DNA of 64,000 nt from Alphaproteobacteria bacterium (GCA_965246895.1 OZ251993.1:466654-530653), one strand, 5' to 3'; shown: positions 14,069 to 23,008, numbered from the stretch's first letter. Translations and numbers: made by a program. The notes: generated by a model not told the origin, from the sequence alone.

Positions 14069-14605
14069 TTAGGCAACAGCGGCGACATCAGCTGCATCAG
14101 CTTGACGCATGTAAACAACCATGGGTGGGCGTTGCGGCGAATGCAATGTTGCGACCGGAAATGAATCTATCCGATGACGCACTTTTATCTGTTTCACATT
14201 CATATGATGGATTGTGCCAATGACAGGCTGTTCGGGGTGCAAAGATGCAACGTGCAGCAGCATATCCCCCATAGCACCATTGCCTCGCGCATTAGGCAGC
14301 ACCATGCCTTGGCTAGTGTAAACGCCTTCACCTAGATCTACTGGTAAATCGGTTACATCAGGGAAGCGGCAACGCAGAATGTTGGTAACATCCCCTTCTT
14401 GAAACGTTACAGCCCCCAGCAGCGCATTATCAGCGAAATAGCCAACCACACGGCCTTCAGCCAAGGCAGTTGCGCGGTCACTTTGCGCCTGTATGTAGAG
14501 GAATTCCTGTGTGCTGCTTGCCTGCAAGTCGGTAGCCACGGCACTCACCAAGGTTTCGAGTGCGGCTTTGTCAGTTGCACGGAGAACGCGGACTTCTTTA
14601 TTCAT
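14069..14605 (-). CDS. GNAT-like acetyltransferase
   Basis: MVLPNARGNGAM resembles acetyl-CoA motif A; GAGGGG RBS; start overlaps the upstream stop. Confidence 0.6.
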   Translation of the reverse strand: MNKEVRVLRATDKAALETLVSAVATDLQASSTQEFLYIQAQSDRATALAEGRVVGYFADNALLGAVTFQEGDVTNILRCRFPDVTDLPVDLGEGVYTSQGMVLPNARGNGAMGDMLLHVASLHPEQPVIGTIHHMNVKQIKVRHRIDSFPVATLHSPQRPPMVVYMRQADAADVAAVA

Positions 14606-15260
14606 TATTCCCCTCCTCGCGCAACGGCCTTGCGTTTTGCCATAGAACGTCGAACTGCCGTCGGTAAGAATTTGCAACCTCGGCATCTTCGATTACATAA
14701 ATATGGACGTCAGGCCTGTGAACAATGTGGGCAAGCTTATTGCCGTAGACATAGAATGTGCTGGCAGGGAATTGTTCATCAGGAATGCCTCTATACTTAG
14801 TGTATGGGGCAACAAGCGAACTGACATGGGACAGTGGACGCAACGCTCTCATTTTGAAGCTCGGCAGTGCGGCCATACGGTCAGTATGCATTTTGAAATG
14901 GTCTGCGCCTTGAGCAGTGATGAAGCCGTCCCGCACTCCGCCGCAAGAGAGAAATTCGCGAGTGTCGTTTAAGGCTACCGCATAGCGGTCGTCGCTAAAT
15001 TGCTTCCAGCCTTCGACGCCATCATAATAAGCCATGAAGGGCTGGCGCGGTCGCACTCCACCGCCTGGCAGCAATTCAACCCCCAGCGCGGCTAGTTTGT
15101 CTGTGATGCGGCGCAGGGTCTCGTCGCTGGGATGGGACTTGCCAGTCAGGATGCCACTTAGCGTCGCTCTTCGCATATCAGATGCGTCAGCAAACTCCGT
15201 ATCCATCAGCCCAGTGAGGGCGATAGCTGCTTTTATTTGCTTGCGATCAAAAATAATCAT
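14598..15260 (-). CDS. XRE-family HTH regulator with C-terminal sensor-like domain
   Basis: QIKAAIALTG..RATLSGILTGKSHP HTH; C-terminal YVYGNKLA..IEDAEVANSYRRQFDVLW, TrmB-like. Confidence 0.8.
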   Translation of the reverse strand: MIIFDRKQIKAAIALTGLMDTEFADASDMRRATLSGILTGKSHPSDETLRRITDKLAALGVELLPGGGVRPRQPFMAYYDGVEGWKQFSDDRYAVALNDTREFLSCGGVRDGFITAQGADHFKMHTDRMAALPSFKMRALRPLSHVSSLVAPYTKYRGIPDEQFPASTFYVYGNKLAHIVHRPDVHIYVIEDAEVANSYRRQFDVLWQNARPLREEGNNE

Positions 15261-15471
15261 GCGGCCTCATTCGATACAAAAACAATCGTTGCACGATATA
15301 TTTCGTATCGTTCGATGTGTTCTTAATCTCTTATAGCGTATTCTATGTACCGTGACAAGGTAAATAGGATGCGGTAAGTAACTATTATTTAACTTATTTA
15401 AGGCATAACTGTTCTCAAGGCAGGGCACAAACCAGCCAAAACGTTGAGAAACTTAGATTTTGGAGATAGAC

Positions 15472-15834
15472 ATGAAAAACGATACTCAAAGCCATATCCT
15501 GAAGATCGCTAATAAGCTTGGTGGGGCTTTCAGCCCAGCTATGGCCCAGAAGGCCGTAAACTACATGATGGCCCGCCAGAGCGTTTACAGCCGGATTGAA
15601 GAGCTTAAGAAGCTGGCTGCCAATGACAACGGCGCAAAAATCAGCCGCCATCTGCTGGAACAGCTCGCCGACATTATGGGCTTCATGGCTAACAAGAAAA
15701 AGATCGATGTCACGGTTATGGCCATGCTGCTGGCCAACCGCTTCGATGTGACCAAACTCTCGGATCTGCGTGATGAACAGTTTCAAGAAGCCCTAGATTG
15801 CGTCCTGACCTGGAAAACCGAATACGCCATGTAA
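15472..15834 (+). CDS. Hypothetical protein, ORF6C-like C-terminus
   Basis: GGAG RBS; ends RFDVTKLSDLRDEQFQEALDCVLTW. Confidence 0.6.
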   Translation: MKNDTQSHILKIANKLGGAFSPAMAQKAVNYMMARQSVYSRIEELKKLAANDNGAKISRHLLEQLADIMGFMANKKKIDVTVMAMLLANRFDVTKLSDLRDEQFQEALDCVLTWKTEYAM

Positions 15835-15861
15835 TCCCACATACTAGAAGGAATATAAATT

Positions 15862-16233
15862 ATGCCACAGGCCAGATCATACGAAAGCGATATTAGAGCG
15901 GCAGCAGACGAAGTCATGGGTGAATGCCCGCATGCCTTGCCGCCAGTTTCAGAATTGATGAGCAAGTTCTCGGACATAGACCAGCACCGTGACCAGCTAC
16001 TTAAAATGATGCATGCCAGTAGCCGTTATATGCAGAACATGATTACACCGCTGCAACACAGGTTGCTTTTGGAATTTACCGCTGTCCAAGCTGCCAAATC
16101 AGGCATTGAGCATGAAGAGATACTCGATGAAATCTGTGTGCGGTACATGCTTATGGACGCGCAAGAATTAAAAATCCGCGACTTCTGGGAAGCTCTTAAT
16201 TTTTCTTGGCACTACGCCGAGGGGAAGCTTTAG
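15862..16233 (+). CDS. Hypothetical protein, ORF6C-like C-terminus
   Basis: AAGGA RBS; ends RYMLMDAQELKIRDFWEALNFSW. Confidence 0.55.
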   Translation: MPQARSYESDIRAAADEVMGECPHALPPVSELMSKFSDIDQHRDQLLKMMHASSRYMQNMITPLQHRLLLEFTAVQAAKSGIEHEEILDEICVRYMLMDAQELKIRDFWEALNFSWHYAEGKL

Positions 16234-16669
16234 CGCCGGTCTTTGCTGACTTCGAAGAGAGATTCTGATCTTGGATACTTTCGAACAGATAACGCGTAAT
16301 GCGAACGGCTTCGGTCTTGTCGTTGATGCGGTCACTCAGCATCCGGCTGTATTGGCGCATCAGCTGCTCGACGATCTGTTCGTGACTAAGGAAAGCCAAA
16401 GCATCTGTATTCTGCATCACCCAAAGCATGCAGGCGCCCATGACCTCAAGATTTGGTGTAGGAGTCGAGCTATCTCCGAGCAGACGGCCAACTGGTACGC
16501 CGAGCGCCTTAGCCAGGAGGCTGAGGCTGGCAACTGTGGGGGAGCTGCTTTTGCCGTTAATAATGTCACGGACAAAGGTTTCACCCTTACCAGCCTTAAG
16601 GGACAACTCCCTCATGGTCAGATTGCGCTCTTTCATGAGCTTCGTAAGACTATGACTCAAAACATCCAT
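16196..16669 (-). CDS. XRE-family transcriptional repressor
   Basis: LMKERNLTMRELSLKAG..VRDIINGKSSSPTVASLSLLAKALGV HTH; no peptidase domain. Confidence 0.85.
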   Translation of the reverse strand: MDVLSHSLTKLMKERNLTMRELSLKAGKGETFVRDIINGKSSSPTVASLSLLAKALGVPVGRLLGDSSTPTPNLEVMGACMLWVMQNTDALAFLSHEQIVEQLMRQYSRMLSDRINDKTEAVRITRYLFESIQDQNLSSKSAKTGAKASPRRSAKKN

Positions 16670-16707
16670 AATTATGCATCCTGCAGTTTTTTTATTTGCC
16701 ATGCACG

Positions 16708-16722
16708 GGGGATATATCCCTT
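16708..16722. promoter_or_regulatory. Palindromic operator candidate, copy 1
   Basis: GGGGATATATCCCTT in the divergent promoter region; recurs inverted at 18695-18709. Confidence 0.65.
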
Positions 16723-16764
16723 GCATTTGGTTTTATCCCCTGTTATAACCATAGCGTAATAACC

Positions 16765-17154
16765 ATGTGCAAACAATTAACGAACCGAGAAACGACTGTG
16801 ACAAACGATCAGGATAATACGGAAGAGCCACCATTCAGCCTGCAGCCTGCCAATGACCGCGTTTCAGAACGGCTTGGTCTGGCACTCAAGGGAGTGAGGT
16901 TCTACCAGCAGCATAGCGGCGATGGTCGCGACAAGCTGGAGATCATTGTTGACCTCATGCGCGGGGAAAAAGGTGCAACCGTTGCCGATGTCATCGAGAT
17001 CACTGGCTGGCCGGTTGAGATTGTTAGTTCGACCTTGGCGACGTTAGCCGGTCTCGTTGATGGTGGCGAAGTCCACACTTTAGTCAATGAAACCGGAACA
17101 CATCACACCTACCGCATTAAGGGATGGGACGAGGACGAGCCATCAGAGATTTAG
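16765..17154 (+). CDS. DUF3489-like winged-helix protein
   Basis: KLEIIVDLMRGEKGATVADVIEITGW; similar to the gene at 26198-26521; start uncertain. Confidence 0.65.
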   Translation: MCKQLTNRETTVTNDQDNTEEPPFSLQPANDRVSERLGLALKGVRFYQQHSGDGRDKLEIIVDLMRGEKGATVADVIEITGWPVEIVSSTLATLAGLVDGGEVHTLVNETGTHHTYRIKGWDEDEPSEI

Positions 17155-17225
17155 CTTTTATGCAGGTCTATTGCCGGGCCTGCATGATTGGGAAAACCGG
17201 CAAGAAACCATCACAGGAGGATTTA

Positions 17226-17585
17226 ATGGAACACTTAAGCCAAATAGAGAAAGACATGTTCCGCGAAGTCGCGGCTGTCATGTCGAAATACCAAGATCAA
17301 ACTCGTGAATTTGGCATGTGCCTGGTGCATGAGCATTTTGGCGTGGCTAACGACGAGATTATGCATGAGACCAACGATCCGATCAGCCGTATCCTGATCA
17401 CGAAGCCGGTCAAGATTGCTGAAATGCCTGCAGGTTCACACCCAACGCAATGGAAGATTATCCAAGGCGGAAAAGCCGAACCGACGCAGTGGTGCTGCAA
17501 CGATATCCAGGCCACGCAGTGGTGCTGTGATGATGACATTAAAGCTATTCAATGGTGCTGCGATGACATTAAAGCCGCAGCTTGA
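17226..17585 (+). CDS. Small protein with three C-terminal QWCC repeats
   Basis: AGGAGG RBS; FGMCLVHEHF motif; tail TQWCCNDIQA-TQWCCDDDIKA-IQWCCDDIKAAA. Confidence 0.85.
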   Translation: MEHLSQIEKDMFREVAAVMSKYQDQTREFGMCLVHEHFGVANDEIMHETNDPISRILITKPVKIAEMPAGSHPTQWKIIQGGKAEPTQWCCNDIQATQWCCDDDIKAIQWCCDDIKAAA

Positions 17586-17640
17586 TAGACTGGCGGTGCG
17601 GGCGGCAGGACTTGCCGCCCCATACCAGACGGAGATAGAT

Positions 17641-18630
17641 ATGAAACAACGCATATTATCGGGCGTACAGCCGACCGGCGACCTACATATCGGTAATTAC
17701 ATTGGTGCCTTGTCGGTTTGGACTGAAATGCAGGAGCAGTTCGATAGCCTATTCTGCGTGGTCGACCTGCATGCGATCACTATACCGGAAAGCATCAAAC
17801 CGCAGGAGCTAAAAAGCAAAATGCGGGATGTGGCGGCGCTCTATATTGCCTGCGGCATCGATCCCGATAAGGCAACCATCTTTATCCAGTCGCATGTGCA
17901 GGAACATGCTGAGTTAGCTTGGGTGCTGAATTGCACTACCCCGGTCGGCTGGCTGGAACGCATGACGCAGTTCAAGTCAAAATCCGAAAAGGCCAATAGC
18001 GTCGGGATGGGTCTGTTTGATTATCCAGTGCTTATGGCAGCGGATATCTTGCTCTATGATACGGATGTGGTACCAGTTGGGGATGACCAAAAGCAGCATA
18101 TCGAGCTAACGCGCGATATCGCCCAGCGGTTCAATAACCTCTATGGTGTTGAAGTGCTAAAGGTGCCGCAACCTTTTATCCGCGCAGAGGGTGCCCGCAT
18201 AATGGGGCTAAACGATCCAACGCAGAAGATGAGCAAGAGCGATACCAATCCGAATCACGCCATCAAGCTGCTGGATACGCCGGATGTTATCAAAGGCAAG
18301 TATGCGCGGGCGGTTACTGATAGCAAGTCAGCCTTCGATCCTGAAGATATGGCACCGGGTGTTGCTAACCTCGTCAGCATCATCAAGGTGATGGCAGGTA
18401 GTGCTGGGGAAACCATAGTTGCTGACCTGGTCGGGAAAGGTTACGGATCGCTGAAGAAAGCGGCAACCGATGCCACTGTCGAAAGACTGGAGCCAATCCA
18501 ATCCCGCTTTGCCGAGTTACAGCAACAGCCGGATGAACTGGAGGCGATCCTGCAGCGCGGGGCTGAACGAGCGAGAAGCATTGCACGGCCTAAAATGCAG
18601 CAGGTCAAAGCTGCAGTCGGCCTGGGATAA
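17641..18630 (+). CDS. trpS: Tryptophan--tRNA ligase (prophage-borne copy)
   Basis: SGVQPTG, HIGN, YPVLMAADIL, VPVGDDQKQH and KMSKS; GGAG RBS. Confidence 0.97.
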   Translation: MKQRILSGVQPTGDLHIGNYIGALSVWTEMQEQFDSLFCVVDLHAITIPESIKPQELKSKMRDVAALYIACGIDPDKATIFIQSHVQEHAELAWVLNCTTPVGWLERMTQFKSKSEKANSVGMGLFDYPVLMAADILLYDTDVVPVGDDQKQHIELTRDIAQRFNNLYGVEVLKVPQPFIRAEGARIMGLNDPTQKMSKSDTNPNHAIKLLDTPDVIKGKYARAVTDSKSAFDPEDMAPGVANLVSIIKVMAGSAGETIVADLVGKGYGSLKKAATDATVERLEPIQSRFAELQQQPDELEAILQRGAERARSIARPKMQQVKAAVGLG

Positions 18631-18694
18631 ACAAAGCGAACAGTAACTAGAACTGGTCGAGTTAATCCGGCCAGCCATTAAACACGCCTAGACA

Positions 18695-18709
18695 AAGGGA
18701 TATATCCCC
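18695..18709. promoter_or_regulatory. Palindromic operator candidate, copy 2
   Basis: AAGGGATATATCCCC immediately before the RBS of the GNAT gene. Confidence 0.65.
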
Positions 18710-18721
18710 TAAGGAGACATT

Positions 18722-19288
18722 ATGAGCAAAGATATTCAGGAAAAGTTCAAAGCCAACATACAGGTTATGCGGCTCTGGCCGAGTGACGGAGCTGCCTATG
18801 GTGAGATCCGGAAAATGTCACTGGAGGAGTCACCCAACTCCTTTGCTTATTTAGCAGTAGATGAGGCGCATATGACTGCAGAAGATCATGGCCGCTATAT
18901 CGACAGCGCTGTAGTGCTCGGTGCTAAATACAAAGGCTTTGCCAGCGAACCGCTGATCGGCATTGTGTCGCTCTGTACCTTACCAGGTCGTCTTAAGCAT
19001 ATGTGTGAACTGACGCGCCTCTATGTGCATCCTGATTTCCGTGGCCAGGGTGTATCGAACGCTCTTATGGAGCGCTTTTACAGCGAAGCCAGAACGCATT
19101 GGATGGATGGCTGCAAGCTATCAGTCGCTGAAACTAACGCTGCCGCTTATAGATTTTACCAGCGACACGGGTTTGAGGTTTACGGTAGGCTCGAAGATGA
19201 ATTCAATTCGACTGAAGGCCGTGTTGCAGGCGTGCACATGATTAAGCGGCTGACGTCGCTTAAGTGTGGAAGCCCTGCAAATGTATGA
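18722..19288 (+). CDS. GNAT family N-acetyltransferase
   Basis: RLYVHPDFRGQGVS and NAAAYRFYQRHGF motifs. Confidence 0.92.
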   Translation: MSKDIQEKFKANIQVMRLWPSDGAAYGEIRKMSLEESPNSFAYLAVDEAHMTAEDHGRYIDSAVVLGAKYKGFASEPLIGIVSLCTLPGRLKHMCELTRLYVHPDFRGQGVSNALMERFYSEARTHWMDGCKLSVAETNAAAYRFYQRHGFEVYGRLEDEFNSTEGRVAGVHMIKRLTSLKCGSPANV

Positions 19289-20021
19289 AGTCATAAATCC
19301 TGAGTCTAAAGCATCTGTTGTTTTGCTAGTTGAGCATGCGGGGGCGACAATTCCGGCTGAGCTGGATAACCTCGGCTTACCTGCTGGCCAATTCAATGAA
19401 GATCCGCAGATGTTTTACGACCCAGGATCGCGTGATATGGCTATGCGGATCGGTCAGGCGCTTGGCCTGTCGATCTATTTTGGCCAACTATCCCGCCTAG
19501 TTGTTGATCTCAATCGCGAGGACGACCACACAGATTTAATTAAAGCCAAGTTTCATGGCCGAGACATTCCAGGTAATCAGAACTTGTCAGATAGCGAGCG
19601 CCGGACTCGATTGGAAAAGTATTATAAGCCATTCCATACGGCGCTTCGATCTGATCTAGCAAAACGCCAAGAGGCAGGTGTGTCTACCAAGCTAATCAGC
19701 ATTCATTCGTTTAACGCCGATGTAGCCTTTGCAACTTTTCCTGATCTCCAGCGTGAGCCAGTAGACATAGCGATTCTGTACGATGAAGAGTCTCAGCTAG
19801 TTAGAGATTTTCGGGCGACCATCAAACCAGGCAACTACGCTATTAAAGAAAATTATCCTTACGATCTCAGTGTTATGCAAACGGGTAGCATCTTGCAAAA
19901 CAAAAAGTTGTTTAAATTAGATGCTATAGGCATCGAGATTAATTCAGCACGACTAACCAATGCGGCTGACTTTACGGCTATCCAATCTACGCTACTTCAA
20001 GCTATCAAATTGGTAGTTTAA
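19281..20021 (+). CDS. N-formylglutamate amidohydrolase family protein
   Basis: EHAG, YDPG, SRLVVDLNR, IPGN, YYKPFH, SIHSF, NYPY and IEI motifs. Confidence 0.88.
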   Translation: MYEVINPESKASVVLLVEHAGATIPAELDNLGLPAGQFNEDPQMFYDPGSRDMAMRIGQALGLSIYFGQLSRLVVDLNREDDHTDLIKAKFHGRDIPGNQNLSDSERRTRLEKYYKPFHTALRSDLAKRQEAGVSTKLISIHSFNADVAFATFPDLQREPVDIAILYDEESQLVRDFRATIKPGNYAIKENYPYDLSVMQTGSILQNKKLFKLDAIGIEINSARLTNAADFTAIQSTLLQAIKLVV

Positions 20022-20560
20022 ATCAGCCTGGTGACGCTATTGGTAACCACACCCAAGATCTCGAACTCATCGTTTGCCTTGATCTCAATCGGCTTATACT
20101 TAGCATTTTCCGGCATTAGGTAGGTTTTACCCTTGTGTCTTTTAAGTCGCTTGACGGTGGTTTCGCCATTAACAGAGGCTACCACGATCTTACCGCTCCG
20201 AACTTCAAGAGTGCGATCAACAACTAATGTGTCGCCATCCTGAATACGCGCACCGATCATTGAGTCGCCCTTTACTGGAATTAGAAATGTTTCCTGCGGG
20301 CTTTTAACAAGCCAAGCTGGCAGATCAACCATCTCTTCAATGTATGACTCGGAATGTATCGGCGTACCTGCCGGAACTTTTGCTGCATACAGTGGGATGC
20401 TATAGCCACGCGACGAAATAAATTCACTAACTTTTGAGTGCATACTATTAGGCACACGCATCGGGCTTGTGCGTTCACCAAAGCGACCTGTACCACGCTT
20501 GCGACCCGCGCCAGGACGATTGCCTCCACGCACAACTGAATTTTCCAACGTTCTTTTCAT
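20018..20560 (-). CDS. umuD: UmuD/LexA-like S24 peptidase with N-terminal RGGxRPGAGRK motif
   Basis: VPAG cleavage site, GDSM catalytic Ser, TVKRL catalytic Lys; no umuC in the window. Confidence 0.85.
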   Translation of the reverse strand: MKRTLENSVVRGGNRPGAGRKRGTGRFGERTSPMRVPNSMHSKVSEFISSRGYSIPLYAAKVPAGTPIHSESYIEEMVDLPAWLVKSPQETFLIPVKGDSMIGARIQDGDTLVVDRTLEVRSGKIVVASVNGETTVKRLKRHKGKTYLMPENAKYKPIEIKANDEFEILGVVTNSVTRLI

Positions 20561-20617
20561 CACAACCTCGATTAGCAATTGACGAAACAAGTTTGATTTG
20601 TGTAACACTAATCAAAA

Positions 20618-20632
20618 GAACAAAGCAAGAAC
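20618..20632 (-). promoter_or_regulatory. Alphaproteobacterial LexA (SOS) box
   Basis: GAAC-AAAGCAA-GAAC (GTTC-N7-GTTC on the minus strand) upstream of the umuD-like gene. Confidence 0.8.
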
Positions 20633-20668
20633 AATTAAATCAGGCTTTATCATAGCTGTGGGGCAGAC

Positions 20669-21274
20669 TTGGCATTACCAGAGAAAGACTTTTATAGCTT
20701 AAGCGAGATCGCAATCCGATGGGGTGCGACGGCTAATGATATACGCTACTACGCGGAGCATGGCTTATTGGAAGTCCAAGTCTGGCTTAATGAACGCATC
20801 TACCATTTCTATTCGCGGCAGCACACGCCGGATACAAAGGAAAGAATGGTCATAGGTGCCAAAAGTTTCCGAGGTTATGTCGCAGTTGATCCTGACGAAG
20901 TGAAGCAAATATTCAACAATGGCGAAGACGGAGTTGCCCGCTGCCCCATACTGCCTGAAGCGTTGCGCGTTACACGATTAGAGCGTGATCGCTTCGAGTT
21001 AGAATACAGCGTCGTCCCCTATGTCACGGATACACCCGGTGCCAAATCATTTAGCGGTCGACCAAGTACAATGCATCGCATAAGTGCCCACATGCGTGAG
21101 CGATTTGCACGAGGTGAACTGCGGCCTACCCTGAACGATGAGGCACGGGTGCTTTATGAATGGGCTAAGTCCAGCATCACCGATGTGCAGATCCCTACGG
21201 TCAAAACCATTATTGAAGGCCAGCGCGGGGTTTACCGTGAACTGTCCGCTCAGCGGGAAGCTAGCCACATTTAG
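20669..21274 (+). CDS. Hypothetical phage protein with HTH-like N-terminus
   Basis: FYSLSEIAIRWG..DIRYYAEHG; TTG start. Confidence 0.65.
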   Translation: MALPEKDFYSLSEIAIRWGATANDIRYYAEHGLLEVQVWLNERIYHFYSRQHTPDTKERMVIGAKSFRGYVAVDPDEVKQIFNNGEDGVARCPILPEALRVTRLERDRFELEYSVVPYVTDTPGAKSFSGRPSTMHRISAHMRERFARGELRPTLNDEARVLYEWAKSSITDVQIPTVKTIIEGQRGVYRELSAQREASHI

Positions 21275-21275
21275 T

Positions 21276-21445
21276 CACCGAGAATTAAATTGTTTCCGGT
21301 GATTTCCGGTATCTATTTCTAAGCTTGTTTTTTAAACAAACGCGGCAATCGAAAGTCTTTGTTTTGCCTTTAGCCACCAAAATCCATTAAACGTCTCACC
21401 GGAAATTAAATGCTTTCCGGTATTTTCCGGCATCTATTTCCGGTG
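21276..21445. repeat. Two imperfect ~44-bp direct repeats rich in TTCCGG
   Basis: CACCG..AATTAAAT..TTTCCGGT..TTTCCGG.ATCTATTTC at 21276-21319 and 21397-21440. Confidence 0.8.
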
Positions 21446-21489
21446 CATCGGTACAACCGATAAATGCCTCGTCACAACACGAGGTAACC

Positions 21490-21753
21490 ATGACAAACAT
21501 TGAAAACAAAATCCCGGCTCCAGAAGCCCCATCACAACACCTAAATCAGTATCAGCTTTCCAAGCGCTGGAACGTATCGCAGAGCACTCTTGAGCGCTGG
21601 CGCTTCCTGCGCCGTGGCCCGAAGTTCCTGAAGATTGGCGCAAGGGTCGTTTATCGGCTTAGCGATATCGAGGCCTACGAGGCCGACAATATCCGCGAAG
21701 GCACCAATGCCTCCGAAATCTGCCAGAGCGGCCCACAGCGCCAACCACGGTAG
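21490..21753 (+). CDS. AlpA/excisionase-like HTH protein
   Basis: LNQYQLSKRWNVSQSTLERWR..GPKFLKIGARVVY. Confidence 0.88.
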   Translation: MTNIENKIPAPEAPSQHLNQYQLSKRWNVSQSTLERWRFLRRGPKFLKIGARVVYRLSDIEAYEADNIREGTNASEICQSGPQRQPR

Positions 21754-21769
21754 TCAGAGGGGCACTACC

Positions 21770-23008
21770 ATGTCAGCACCGCTGCCACCGCTCACAGCGC
21801 CCTTTGTAGAGGCGCTGGAGGCCGAAACCATACCCAAGCGCCGCCGTATCCTTGGTTGGTCGTTGATCCGCCAGCAGGTCAGCCTGCTGATCGCGCCACC
21901 CGGCATTGGCAAGTCTACGCTTGGTATCGCGCAGGCCATCGCCATCTGCACAGGCAACCGGCTCACCGGCCAGGAAGTTGTCGAGCAAGGCAATGTCTGG
22001 ATCTACAACAATGAGGATGGCCGCGACGAGCTTGAGCGCCGGGTGGCTGCCCTGCTGCAGTTCCATGAATTGTCGCCAGATGACATTGCCGGGCGGCTGG
22101 CGCTTTCCAGCGGTTCTGAACGGGCCTTGCTGGTAGCGCGGAGCGACAAGCGCGGGGGTGTGCTGCGCCTGCCTGATGTAGATGCCTGCATTGAGCTAAT
22201 CAAACGGCAGAATATCATTGCCTTGATCGTCGACCCGTTTACCGAAACCCACGAGGTACAGGAAAACAGTAACGAGCAGATCAAGCAGGTCGCGCAGTTC
22301 TATCGCGATATCGCCTGGCGCGGGGATTGCGCTGTGCTGCTCGTCCACCATACGGCTAAGCCGCCGCAAGGCAGCAGCGAAGGCCATGCGGGCAATATGC
22401 ACAGCGCACGTGGGGCCAGCACCCTCGCTGGTGTTGCTAGGGTCGTGCAGACCATCTTTTCCATGAGTAGCAAGGACGCCGCGCAGTTGGGTGTCCCAGA
22501 GACCGAGAAGCACCTCTACGTGCGCCTGGACGATGCCAAGGCCAATCTGTCGCTCGTCACCAGTCATGCCCTCTGGTTCAAGCGTGTAGGCATTACCATC
22601 GGCAACGGCGATGAGGTCGGCATCTTGCAGCCGGTCAATCTTCGGAAGCCATCGCCAGATGACACCGAGATCACGCTGCTGTACCGGGCCATCATGGACG
22701 CGCTGGTCGAGCGCATTAGGGAAGATCGCATCAGCGTGAACGCTGCCGCCAAGCAGTTGGCTTGGAGCGACGACCCGCAGTTCTACAAATACCGCGAGAC
22801 GGATAGCCGCAACAACAAGCGAGCCAGACGGATATTCCGCGAAGCCATTACCGACACTTGCCGCGCAGGCATCAGCGTCGAAACCGAAGGCTGCGTCCGC
22901 ACCTTTGTCGTGGTTGAGGGATCTAAGCCGATGCGCCTACAGCGGGTGCAGACGGTGCAACCATCCGAAGCCTTACCCGGAGAGGATTGTGATGCGGAGA
23001 GTGAATAG
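21770..23008 (+). CDS. RepA-like AAA_25 helicase
   Basis: Walker A APPGIGKS, NNED, LIVDP, LVHHTAK and ARGAS motifs. Confidence 0.88.
   Translation: MSAPLPPLTAPFVEALEAETIPKRRRILGWSLIRQQVSLLIAPPGIGKSTLGIAQAIAICTGNRLTGQEVVEQGNVWIYNNEDGRDELERRVAALLQFHELSPDDIAGRLALSSGSERALLVARSDKRGGVLRLPDVDACIELIKRQNIIALIVDPFTETHEVQENSNEQIKQVAQFYRDIAWRGDCAVLLVHHTAKPPQGSSEGHAGNMHSARGASTLAGVARVVQTIFSMSSKDAAQLGVPETEKHLYVRLDDAKANLSLVTSHALWFKRVGITIGNGDEVGILQPVNLRKPSPDDTEITLLYRAIMDALVERIREDRISVNAAAKQLAWSDDPQFYKYRETDSRNNKRARRIFREAITDTCRAGISVETEGCVRTFVVVEGSKPMRLQRVQTVQPSEALPGEDCDAESE

Noticed and set aside
17416-17640. N-terminal extension of trpS
   Set aside because: Alternative frame of the QWCC gene; TrpRS homology and RBS start at 17641
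18638-18653. GAAC...GAAC as a second LexA box
   Set aside because: Spacer is 8 nt, not the required 7
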